A DNA stretch of 46,267 bases. Source: a bacterium. GTDB taxonomy: Bacteria; Patescibacteriota; Microgenomatia; Levybacterales; UBA12049. Location: positions 101,595-147,861 of the forward strand of contig JAKALS010000002.1 in assembly GCA_021813145.1 (NCBI GenBank), read 5' to 3'. The notes under the pieces were generated by a model. The model was not told the origin of the DNA. It did not search any database and saw only the letters and a list, made by a program, of their open reading frames with translations. Made by a program: the position numbers and the translations under genes. Below, one piece after another: positions 34,465 through 43,202 of this stretch (positions are counted from its first letter, which is position 1; the number at the start of each line of letters is the position of its first letter).

Positions 34465-36435
34465 TTATCGGAGGTTAAGTTTTAGAGTCTTATCCGTTAA
34501 CAGGGGAAATTCGTCTATCTGTTTACCGTTTAACTGTATCGTGTAATCGTTGGCATTTGTTCCCGGCTGTTTCTGGATAAGTAAGGGAAGCGTAGAGTTC
34601 GAAGCCAGCTTAAACGGAAGCTTGTAAGTAATTGTAAATGTTGTTGTTCCCTGCGGTCTTACCGTAAGAAATCCCTCAAAAACCGTTTTTCCCAGATCGT
34701 TATAGGTAGACATCTTAACTTCGGATCCCTGGCTTGACACCATCTGGCTTCCCGCAGGCACATATATCCTAAACCAATCTCTAAGGACCGCATTTAGACA
34801 AAGACCTCCGCTGGCAAGACTACAATCGGAAGGCGGGTAGGGATTTTTATAATTTATAGTTACAGTTTTTGTTATCGTACCGTCACTGCCTATTGTGTAA
34901 TTTTGGTTAACCGCCTCCGTCACAAAAAGATTGGATTTTGCTCCTCCAAAATTAGCTTCGTTTATATGCAGATAGTCGCCGTTAAAAGGAAGAATTCTCC
35001 CCGAAGCATTTAAGGCCTCGAGTCCTGCTTCGGCGTTATTATTAAAGCTGTAGAAAAGGATATGTTTTTGTGAAGTCTCTGTAAGCATAGTCTGAAAAAG
35101 CGGTCCCCAATAAAGTTTTGGCGAAGAAGAGAATGCTTTATTCATAATGGCGTACATCAAATCTCCTATTATTCCTTTCCTGTTTGTCCTTACATAATTA
35201 ACGGGTTGGTCCGCATAGGACTCTAACTGGTAGATGACCTGGGGACAATCGCATCTTGGATCATTTTTTGTAGTAAATGTTATTCCGTCTGCATTTATAT
35301 CACCCAAAATATTCATGGCCGAAACAAGGGCCGAAGTATCTACAGCGATAACGCCGTCCACATTTGTATGGCCGGGAGCCTTGTCATATATTCCCATGAA
35401 TGTGTTCATGGAATTCACAAAATCGGGAGAAAGATTGCTGTCCCTAAGATTAAACTGCGGAACATTGGGAAGGTATAAAAGGATTGGTCTTGGCGCTACG
35501 GACTTATCCGGAATTGTGTTGTCAAGCGTATAAATGTCGCTTGAAGTATCTACATGGACTATCCCCTGATCAAGCCTGAATATGGCGTAAGCCGTAATAA
35601 ATCCTCCCGTCGGCCTTAATTCTTTGTCGTTTTGAAAAATCACCAGGTATTTTTTCTCGGATGTTGCCCCCAAAAGATCCGGAAGGATTTTTATAAGGGG
35701 CTTTGCGTCAGTTATAAAAGTGGTGCCCTGGTCTGCCAGAGTTTTTATTTGCTCAAGATCCGTTCTCACCTTTTTCCCCGGACCGAAGTCGGGATAATGG
35801 TTCGGATCCACTTTATCTATTTCCACCCTTGCCGCATTTAAATCGTTTGATATTTCATCAATATTGGGGGTAATTTTCCCCATCGTCAAAACCGCAGTCT
35901 GAATCCTTTCGGAAGCGGTTCCGCCCACAAAACTCCCCTGACCCTTTAGTCCCAAAACATCGGCATAGGGTTTTATTGAGTCTACGAGTACCTTGGCCGC
36001 ATCAAGCCCGTGGAAACCGGCATTCATAAGGTGGGTTGCGTCTGAGTAATACCAGTTTGCGATAGGAACAAACTTAAGGTACCACATGGAGTTTAAGTCG
36101 TTTTGGGTTTCGGTTAAATCCGCCCTGGTCTGATCCAGATTCGTAGATGCCGAAGCTACGTCCTGCTTCTTTATTGCCGCAACGGTAATCTGAACCTGTG
36201 CATAAGTCTTTTTGGCCGCCTTATAAGTTTTTTCCGCAGGTAAAACAACCGTAAACACGGAAAGGACGACTAAAAATATAAGCACCAGAAAAGCTATCAA
36301 AAGTTTTTTGTGGTTTTTAAAGCTGAATTTTCTGTTTCTTCTCGATACAGAAGAGGACATTGTATTATTTTCGGGTTTTACTGTATCGTTGGCTAAATTT
36401 ACAGGTTGATCGAGATTAATTTTTTCAAAACCTTC
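34465..36435 (-). CDS. DUF4012-family membrane-anchored extracellular protein
   Basis: TM, helical region, YLVIFQN.KELRPTGGFI, LRDSNLSPDF, DGVIAVD, N.GGAKSN, RIYVP.GS, QKQPGT. Start probably ATG 36435 (after TTGACA-18-TATGAT); 36453 is the alternative. Confidence 0.85.
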   Translation of the reverse strand, partial: EGFEKINLDQPVNLANDTVKPENNTMSSSVSRRNRKFSFKNHKKLLIAFLVLIFLVVLSVFTVVLPAEKTYKAAKKTYAQVQITVAAIKKQDVASASTNLDQTRADLTETQNDLNSMWYLKFVPIANWYYSDATHLMNAGFHGLDAAKVLVDSIKPYADVLGLKGQGSFVGGTASERIQTAVLTMGKITPNIDEISNDLNAARVEIDKVDPNHYPDFGPGKKVRTDLEQIKTLADQGTTFITDAKPLIKILPDLLGATSEKKYLVIFQNDKELRPTGGFITAYAIFRLDQGIVHVDTSSDIYTLDNTIPDKSVAPRPILLYLPNVPQFNLRDSNLSPDFVNSMNTFMGIYDKAPGHTNVDGVIAVDTSALVSAMNILGDINADGITFTTKNDPRCDCPQVIYQLESYADQPVNYVRTNRKGIIGDLMYAIMNKAFSSSPKLYWGPLFQTMLTETSQKHILFYSFNNNAEAGLEALNASGRILPFNGDYLHINEANFGGAKSNLFVTEAVNQNYTIGSDGTITKTVTINYKNPYPPSDCSLASGGLCLNAVLRDWFRIYVPAGSQMVSSQGSEVKMSTYNDLGKTVFEGFLTVRPQGTTTFTITYKLPFKLASNSTLPLLIQKQPGTNANDYTIQLNGKQIDEFPLLTDKTLKLNLR

Positions 36436-36527
36436 CATCGTATTCAATATCATAACCGTAAAGCAAACCCCGTGTCAACCCTTCCAATCACAAATTCAAT
36501 TTAAATAACTTTACCGAACTGTTAAGC

Positions 36528-37193
36528 TTAGAGGGCGCCTTTTCCGGAGACCATCGCCCACGGAGTTTTTAGGATTATCCAGATATCGTAAAGAATCGAC
36601 CTCTTCCTCACATACTGGGCGTCCATTTCTATCCTTTTATCAAAATTTATTTCGCTTCTTCCCGAAACCTGCCAATAGCCCGTAAGGCCCGGCCTTACGG
36701 ACAGCACTATCTTTACCGACTCCTTGGTTTTTGGATATTGTTTCTGCTGTTCCCTAAGTTCATCGGGATAATAAGCCCTCGGTCCCACAAGACTCATTTC
36801 GCCTTTTAAAATGTTAAAAAGCTGAGGTACTTCATCGAGAGAATGTCTTCTTATAAAATGTCCCACTCTGGTAACCCTCGGGTCGTCTTTTAATTTATAG
36901 CTTCCTTTTTTGTATCTTTCGTAAAGCCTCGCAAATTTTGGATTTTCCCTAAGAATCTCGTGCGCATTTTCGACCATGCTCCTGAATTTATACATTTTAA
37001 ACGGCCTTCCGTTTTTACCTACCCTTTCCGGAGTATCCGCAAGTACGGGCCCCGAGGTATCTAATTTAATCGCCAAAGCTACTGTTAACATTACGGGAGA
37101 AAACATGATGATAAGAATAAGCGAAGAAACTATATCCATCAGTCTTTTTGTCCATTCGTAAAAAACGCTTTTTTTAATTTCTATATATGGCAT
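36528..37193 (-). CDS. Polyprenyl-phosphate phosphoglycosyl transferase (small monotopic PGT, Bac_transf family)
   Basis: KRLMDI, RVGKNG.PF.MYKFRSM, DPRVTRVG.F.R..SLDE.PQL.N.LKGEMSLVGPR, RPGLTGYWQVSGRS. Confidence 0.95.
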   Translation of the reverse strand: MPYIEIKKSVFYEWTKRLMDIVSSLILIIMFSPVMLTVALAIKLDTSGPVLADTPERVGKNGRPFKMYKFRSMVENAHEILRENPKFARLYERYKKGSYKLKDDPRVTRVGHFIRRHSLDEVPQLFNILKGEMSLVGPRAYYPDELREQQKQYPKTKESVKIVLSVRPGLTGYWQVSGRSEINFDKRIEMDAQYVRKRSILYDIWIILKTPWAMVSGKGAL

Positions 37194-37198
37194 ATATT

Positions 37199-38284
37199 TT
37201 AAGCAAGGTGCTCGTTTTCTGTACCACTCAGGCTTTCTACGAGTTTTTTTATTTTAGGGACAGAGTCTTTGGGACAGACTAAAACGACGTCTTCGGTGTT
37301 TATTACAAGCATTTTTTCAAGGTCTATTCCTACGGTCAGCTGGTTTGTAAAATTAAAAACAAGCGTATCCGAGGAGTCTTCAAGCATTACCTTGCCTTTT
37401 GTTACATTTTCGTCTTCTTTTTCGCTTAGAGCCTCTTTTAGGGCTTCCCAAGCGCCTATATCGCTCCACCCTATATCCACAGACAATACTTTTGCCTGTT
37501 TGGGGTCCAATTTTTCCAGAATTGCGTTATCAAAAGAAATTTTTTCTATGGAAGGATAAACTTCCAAAAGCACTTTTTCGTAATCCGCAGTTTTGTACGC
37601 TTCGTTTATTCTTTTTAATTTCCGGAACAATTCGGGAGAAAATTCTTCAAACAATTTCCACAAAAACCTTGGGGTTATAACAAAATACCCCAAATTCCAG
37701 GCATGGTGCCCGTCTTTTAAGAATTTCTCGGCCAGAGAAAGATGAGGTCTGTATTTAAATCCGCTAAAACTAAAAACCGGAACGCCGTCTATCTCCTCTA
37801 TCTGTTTTCCAAATTCTATATAACCGAGATTTTGGCTGGCAAATCTTGGCTTCTGGCCTATGAATATAATCTTTTCCGGGTCTTTTAAAACAAGTTTTTC
37901 CGCAGCCCTTAAAACTTCCCTGAAAAGCTGTTCCTCTTTTACCAAGTGGTCGCTTCCCCACAAAAGAGCTACGGGTTCATCTGGATTTTTCTTAACAAAA
38001 ATTGAGGTTATAAGCCCAACCGCCGGCCCTACGTCCCGCATCTCGGGTTCTATTATTATATTATCTTGGGGAAGCTGAGGAAGCTGGGCGGAAACAAGTT
38101 CTTTATAGTTTTTCCCTGTTGAGATATAAACGTCTTCCCATTTGAATTCGGGGAAAAGTTTGCCTACCGCTATTTGGAGCATCGACTTATCGCCTACAAT
38201 CTTTTCAAATTGCTTTGGAGTGTTTTTCCTCGACAGTGGCCAAAGCCTTGTACCTACTCCTCCTGCAAAAATAACTACCTTCAT
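37199..38284 (-). CDS. manC: Mannose-1-phosphate guanylyltransferase
   Basis: AGGVGTRLWPLSR...PKQF, IIEP, SDH, GYIE, ISFD.AILEK, GWSDIG.W. Confidence 0.9.
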   Translation of the reverse strand: MKVVIFAGGVGTRLWPLSRKNTPKQFEKIVGDKSMLQIAVGKLFPEFKWEDVYISTGKNYKELVSAQLPQLPQDNIIIEPEMRDVGPAVGLITSIFVKKNPDEPVALLWGSDHLVKEEQLFREVLRAAEKLVLKDPEKIIFIGQKPRFASQNLGYIEFGKQIEEIDGVPVFSFSGFKYRPHLSLAEKFLKDGHHAWNLGYFVITPRFLWKLFEEFSPELFRKLKRINEAYKTADYEKVLLEVYPSIEKISFDNAILEKLDPKQAKVLSVDIGWSDIGAWEALKEALSEKEDENVTKGKVMLEDSSDTLVFNFTNQLTVGIDLEKMLVINTEDVVLVCPKDSVPKIKKLVESLSGTENEHLA

Positions 38285-39369
38285 AAAATGTTTTTGTCCG
38301 TTAAAAAGCTTCTAATCTCTTTTTCAAACTTCTCAAAAGAAAACCTTTTAGAGTTTTCTACGCACAGTTTGCTATTATAATGCCTGTCACCGGATTTTTC
38401 CAATACTTTTTCAAGCGATTCCGGATTTTGTTCGTCAAAAAACTCTCCGGTAACGCCTTCCTTTATTATATCCAGTGCTCCTCCTCCCCTAAATGCTATT
38501 ACCGGTTTTCCGAATGCCTGTGCCTCCACCATCGCCAGGCCGAAATCCTCAATTCCCGGGAAAAGCAGGGCTTTACAATTTTTATAATAATACGAAACTT
38601 TCTCGTCAGTCAAATGACCCAAAAATTCAACTGTAGGTCCTGCGATCCGTTTTAGATTTTTTTCTTCCGTTCCCGTCCCTATTATTTTTAAAGGAAGTTT
38701 TAATTTATTGCAGGCATTTATTGCTATGTCTATTCTCTTGTATGGCACAAGCCTTGATACGACCAAATAATAATCATTATTTCCTATTTTTTCAGATTCC
38801 CGGTTACCGGTTTTTTGATCTAACATAAGGGGCGGATATACTATCTTTGAGTCCCTCCCGTAATATTTTTTAATTCTGCCTTTTACCTCGTTTGAAATAG
38901 CAATAAAATAGTCGGGCCTTTTCGATGCAATTTTGTCCCAAAGTCTTAAGTAATAAATTACGGGCTTTGAAAAAAACCTGAGATAATCCGAGTCGAAATA
39001 ATAATCGTAACCGCTCCAAAGATAACGTGTCGGGGTAAGGCAATAGCAGACATGCATTGTGCCGGGTTTTGTAATTATTCCTTTTGCAGCTTCGCTTGTA
39101 ACGGAAATAACAAGATCGTACCCGTCAAAATTAAAATCTTCAAAGGCTAGAGGCATTAACGTAGCATAGAGTTCGTGCGAGGATGAAGCTTTTGGGAATT
39201 TTTGCAAAAAAGAAGTTTTTACATTAAAAACTTTAGCCCACTGCGCTTTTTTGGGGTTATAAACCGAGGTAAATAAATCGGCATCGGGGAATATCCTGTG
39301 AAGAGCCAGAAGAACCCTTTCTGCTCCTCCCCATTTATTGATTCTGTCATAAACTATAGCAACCTTCAT
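38281..39369 (-). CDS. GT4 glycosyltransferase (mannosyltransferase-like)
   Basis: WGGAERVL, YCLTPTRYLW, SRLVPYKRID, EDFGLAMVEAQA.GKPVIA. Confidence 0.92.
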   Translation of the reverse strand: MKVAIVYDRINKWGGAERVLLALHRIFPDADLFTSVYNPKKAQWAKVFNVKTSFLQKFPKASSSHELYATLMPLAFEDFNFDGYDLVISVTSEAAKGIITKPGTMHVCYCLTPTRYLWSGYDYYFDSDYLRFFSKPVIYYLRLWDKIASKRPDYFIAISNEVKGRIKKYYGRDSKIVYPPLMLDQKTGNRESEKIGNNDYYLVVSRLVPYKRIDIAINACNKLKLPLKIIGTGTEEKNLKRIAGPTVEFLGHLTDEKVSYYYKNCKALLFPGIEDFGLAMVEAQAFGKPVIAFRGGGALDIIKEGVTGEFFDEQNPESLEKVLEKSGDRHYNSKLCVENSKRFSFEKFEKEIRSFLTDKNIL

Positions 39370-39411
39370 AATATTTATTAAAAAGCTAAGATTAACGGAT
39401 CCTTCGACCCG

Positions 39412-40539
39412 TCAACTATTTAATATCTCCTGATATAAAAGGAGTGTTTCTTGCGCAGCTTTTTTCCAGCTAAACTCCTTTGCTCTTTTTCTCCCTTTTT
39501 CTATCATTTTATCCCTTAATTCCAAGTTTCCGATTATAAATTCCAAACTGTCTTTTATAGAATCTGTAGAATTCGGATTAAAATACAAAGCCGCATCTTT
39601 GCACACTTCCCGCAAAGAAGGAGTTTCCGACGCCAAAACGGGGCAACCGCAAGCCATCGCCTCAAGAGCAGGCAGGCCGAAACCTTCCATAAGGGATGGG
39701 AACGCAAGGGCCAGGGCATTGGCATATAAAGACAAAAGGTTTTCGTCGTCTACATCGTATCTGAATTCCACATTTTTTATATTTTTTGCCCGTGTGTCTT
39801 TTTCCAGCCTTTGGTAAAAGAAATCCCTTTTCCCGACAAGCACTAATTTTAGCTCTTGGCTCCCGGTTCCCGTTTCCTGAAATTTAACTTTGGAAAATGC
39901 CTGAATAAGCCTTTCCAGATTTTTATGAGGATAAGCATTTCCAACGTATAAAAAATACATGCCGTAATCCTTATTTTTGATCTTCGGTTTTTGATTTTTA
40001 AATTCTTCTTCTATTCCGTTGTATATCACTTTTACTTTATCCGCAGAAACTCCTAAGTGGTCTATTATTTCGTCTTTGGTTGCATTTGAAACAGCAATTA
40101 TTTTTTTAGAATTTTTAGCCGCTTTTTTAATTACGTATTTATAAGCCAAAAGTTTTGATTCATATAAAGGTTTCGAAAGAGTAGAAGCTTTACCCGTAGG
40201 AAAATGGTTTATGATCAAGTCGTGTATGGTAACGATATAAGGACGCTTGTAAAACACGGGCACGGAAAAATACGGAAAATGCATAAGATCTAGTTTTTCT
40301 TTATCTAAAATAGCTGGAAATCTTGCCTGCTCCCCAAGGGAATGCCACTTTATATTAATTTTGGAGATTCGGAATTTTGGGTTTGAAATTTGAATTTTTA
40401 CTTTATCGTAGTCTTTTGGTCTTACAAACAGGGTATATTCGTTTTCCTTATCAAGATTTTGAAGATTTAAAACGAGGTTTCTTATATATCTGCCAACACC
40501 CGTCTGTGACCAAAGCCTGGCGTCGATTCCAATCCTCAT
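39412..40539 (-). CDS. GT4 glycosyltransferase
   Basis: True start MRIGIDARL at 40539 (6 nt after TATAAT); TGVGRY, VTIHDL, YVGNAYPHKN, EGFGLPALEAMA.G.PV. Confidence 0.93.
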   Translation of the reverse strand: MRIGIDARLWSQTGVGRYIRNLVLNLQNLDKENEYTLFVRPKDYDKVKIQISNPKFRISKINIKWHSLGEQARFPAILDKEKLDLMHFPYFSVPVFYKRPYIVTIHDLIINHFPTGKASTLSKPLYESKLLAYKYVIKKAAKNSKKIIAVSNATKDEIIDHLGVSADKVKVIYNGIEEEFKNQKPKIKNKDYGMYFLYVGNAYPHKNLERLIQAFSKVKFQETGTGSQELKLVLVGKRDFFYQRLEKDTRAKNIKNVEFRYDVDDENLLSLYANALALAFPSLMEGFGLPALEAMACGCPVLASETPSLREVCKDAALYFNPNSTDSIKDSLEFIIGNLELRDKMIEKGRKRAKEFSWKKAAQETLLLYQEILNS

Positions 40540-40545
40540 ACCGAG

Positions 40546-40578
40546 ATTATAAAACATTCCAATCTTTTTTGATATAAT
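40546..40578. promoter_or_regulatory. Divergent -10 boxes for the GT4 gene and rmlC, both leaderless
   Basis: Minus TATAAT(40551-40546)-6 nt-ATG 40539; plus TGaTATAAT(40573-40578)-7 nt-ATG 40586. Confidence 0.7.
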
Positions 40579-40585
40579 TGCAGTA

Positions 40586-41122
40586 ATGGATAATCTGGTA
40601 GAAAAACTCGAAGGTGCTGAAAAAATAGAACTTCCGCTACTTTCCGACGAACGGGGATTTTTCAAAGAAGTTATAAGGGTAAGCGAAGTAGAAAAATTAA
40701 CGGGCAAAGCATTTAATCCGAAACAGATGAACCATTCCAAGTCTTCAAAAAATACCCTAAGGGGAATCCACAGGGCTCCATGGAGTAAACTTATTTACGT
40801 AACAAAGGGAAAAGTCCAGTCCGTCTTAGTGGACTTAAGGGAAGACTCTCCCACTTTCGGAAAATACCAGTCGGTAGTACTTGGGGATGATAACAGGGTA
40901 GCTTTATTTGTTCCGGCGTTTGTCGGAAATTCCTATCTTGTCTTAAGCGAAGAGGCCGACTATATTTATTTAACCGACCAGGAGTGGTCCGCAAATAAAG
41001 AAACGGGAATTCTCTGGAACGATGAAGAACTCGGCATAAAATGGATGCTTGAAGAAGAACCCATGCTTTCCCAAAAAGACAGGACAAACCCCAGACTATC
41101 GGAAATTTTTCCTAAGAAATAG
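40586..41122 (+). CDS. rmlC: dTDP-4-dehydrorhamnose 3,5-epimerase family protein
   Basis: DERGFF.E, Q.NHS.S.KNTLRGIH, VDLR.DSPTFG, WND..LGI.W, LSQKD. Confidence 0.9.
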   Translation: MDNLVEKLEGAEKIELPLLSDERGFFKEVIRVSEVEKLTGKAFNPKQMNHSKSSKNTLRGIHRAPWSKLIYVTKGKVQSVLVDLREDSPTFGKYQSVVLGDDNRVALFVPAFVGNSYLVLSEEADYIYLTDQEWSANKETGILWNDEELGIKWMLEEEPMLSQKDRTNPRLSEIFPKK

Positions 41123-41996
41123 CCTGTTTTAAGTCTATCCCCAAGTATACAAGCCTTGTTATAAGCCACGGATATTTATCTTCGTAATGTTTTTTATAAA
41201 AAATCCTCATTGCCCTGAACCTTTCCCTTTTTGCTTTTATCTTTGTTGTTTCATCGGCAGTAGTTATGCCTTTGGAAACTTTTTTTATTCCTCCCGAGAC
41301 GCCTTTATAATGCAAAATAGAAACTTCGGGAACATAATATATTTTCCATCCTTTTTGTTTTAACATGTAACAAAAATCCAAGTCCTCGCCGTAAAAAAAA
41401 TAATCTTCGTCCCACCAGCCAACCTCTTCCCCGGCCTCTCTTCTTACAAACATAAAAGCCCCGGCCAAAGCGTCGATAACGTGTGTTTTTGAAAAATCCA
41501 TAAAACCGAGGTTGTATCCTCCGAAAAGTTTTGTCTTTCCGAAAAATTTGGACAGTCCGGAAAAATGCGAAAAAGAATTCCACGGGGTAGGAAATCCCCT
41601 GTGCGATGCGTCATCTATTTTTCCGTTTGGCATCAAAACCTTGCACGTTGCCGCCCCCGCATCTTTTGTCTTATCCATAAATTCCGTCATGTATTCGAGG
41701 GTTTCATTTTTTATTTCCGTATCCGGATTAAGGAATAAAACATAGCGGCCTGCCGATTTTTTAATTCCTATATTATTTGCCTTCGAAAACCCGAAGTTTT
41801 CTTTATTTTCGACCAGTTTGAAATTTGAACTCGGGAATTTGGAATTTAAAATCGACTCCTTAGTCCCGTCGCTTGAAGCGTTATCCACGACAATAACCTC
41901 AAACGACACTCCTTTTACGTTTTCGTAAATAGAATTTATGCACTTTAAAAGAAAATCCTTTGTGTTATACGAAACTATAATTATCGAAATATCCAT
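41112..41996 (-). CDS. GT2 glycosyltransferase (rhamnosyltransferase-like)
   Basis: SIIIVSYN, VVDNASSDG, NFGFSKANN, FLNPDT, GAFM, DEDYFFYGEDLD.C. Confidence 0.92.
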   Translation of the reverse strand: MDISIIIVSYNTKDFLLKCINSIYENVKGVSFEVIVVDNASSDGTKESILNSKFPSSNFKLVENKENFGFSKANNIGIKKSAGRYVLFLNPDTEIKNETLEYMTEFMDKTKDAGAATCKVLMPNGKIDDASHRGFPTPWNSFSHFSGLSKFFGKTKLFGGYNLGFMDFSKTHVIDALAGAFMFVRREAGEEVGWWDEDYFFYGEDLDFCYMLKQKGWKIYYVPEVSILHYKGVSGGIKKVSKGITTADETTKIKAKRERFRAMRIFYKKHYEDKYPWLITRLVYLGIDLKQAIS

Positions 41997-41999
41997 AAT

Positions 42000-43202
42000 T
42001 TAACTAAGTGCCGATTTGTAAACTTTTTCCAGTTTTTGAGCTATTGTGTTCCAGTCGTAATTATCCTCTACAAGTTTTCTTGCATTTTTAGTAAGGTCTT
42101 TATACAGTTTTTTATCTTCCAAAAGTTTAACCGCTGCCGAGGAAAAACCTTCTGCGTCATCTGCGGTTAATACATGTATTCCGTCTTTTGCCTCAAGTCC
42201 TTCAATACCTAAAATAGTCGTGACAATTGCGGTCCCGCTTGCCATAGATTCCAATATCTTGTAACTTGTTCCACCGCCTATTCTTATCGGGGCCAAAAGC
42301 AGGAATGCCTTTGAAAATATTGCGGGAGTTTCTTCTTTGTTGTCGCTGTCAAAGATTATGCTTTCGTCTGCGCTCCCCAATTCTTTTATGTTTTCAGGGA
42401 TATTCTTCCCCACAATCCAAAGCTTCAATTTGAAATTTGGAATTTGTGATTTGTAATTTGTAATTATTTTCGGCCACACTTCCCTGATAATAAATGCTGC
42501 GGCATCCCTATTTTGCATCCACTTAAAATCTCCGATAAAAAGAACTCTTTTCTCATCACCTTCAAACTTTTCCCCGGGTTCTGTAAAAGTAAACTTCCCC
42601 ACGTCTACTCCGTTTGGTACAACGCTTACGTCTTCCCTTCTCATTATGCTTTTTTCTATATTTGAGACCGCAACAAGCTTTGCTGCCCTTTGCCAGAAAA
42701 ACTCCTCTTTCCTTTTAAGTTTTAAAACGTCGGCTAAAAGAATAGGTCTTACGAAAAATGGAGCTTTGTCGGCAAACCTTTTATAGACGAGGTATTCTAT
42801 ATTATGCTCCACCAAAACGACGGGAATAGAAACAACCGGAAGATTTTGCATTACATAAAAAGTTTCAACGTGTATAAGGTCATACTTCTGTCTTAACAAT
42901 TCCTCTTTTATTTTTTCGTACATCTCACGGCTCTGGTGTCCTGTTATTAAAAACGGGTTAAACGAAAAACCTGTTTTTAAAATATTTTTTGCGCTCCATT
43001 GTTTTCTTCTTTCGACGGTAATAACTTTGTCGCAGATTTTTCTCATTTCTTCTATGTCTTCTTCCGTTTGAAACTGCCTTTTTTCGCAGATAAGAGTTAT
43101 CTTGTGTTTTTTTGAAAGAAGCCTTAAAAGACTATATAAGCGGATACTTCCGCCCGAAAAAAGAGGATACGGCAAATACGAAGACACCACTAATATTCTC
43201 AT
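42000..43202 (-). CDS. GT4 glycosyltransferase
   Basis: LPYPLFSGG.IR, EHNIE, VPNGVD, APIRIGGGTSYKILESMASG. Confidence 0.9.
   Translation of the reverse strand: MRILVVSSYLPYPLFSGGSIRLYSLLRLLSKKHKITLICEKRQFQTEEDIEEMRKICDKVITVERRKQWSAKNILKTGFSFNPFLITGHQSREMYEKIKEELLRQKYDLIHVETFYVMQNLPVVSIPVVLVEHNIEYLVYKRFADKAPFFVRPILLADVLKLKRKEEFFWQRAAKLVAVSNIEKSIMRREDVSVVPNGVDVGKFTFTEPGEKFEGDEKRVLFIGDFKWMQNRDAAAFIIREVWPKIITNYKSQIPNFKLKLWIVGKNIPENIKELGSADESIIFDSDNKEETPAIFSKAFLLLAPIRIGGGTSYKILESMASGTAIVTTILGIEGLEAKDGIHVLTADDAEGFSSAAVKLLEDKKLYKDLTKNARKLVEDNYDWNTIAQKLEKVYKSALS
42427..42461. repeat. Heptamer tandem repeat (RATTTGN)x5 inside the GT4 gene
   Basis: AATTTGA AATTTGG AATTTGT GATTTGT AATTTGT; translated as TNYKSQIPNFKL. 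Confidence 0.88.

Noticed and set aside
40540-40740. N-terminal extension of the 442-aa GT4 ORF in the track
   Set aside because: It overlaps rmlC antisense and the divergent promoters; the family N-terminus MRIGID begins at 40539.
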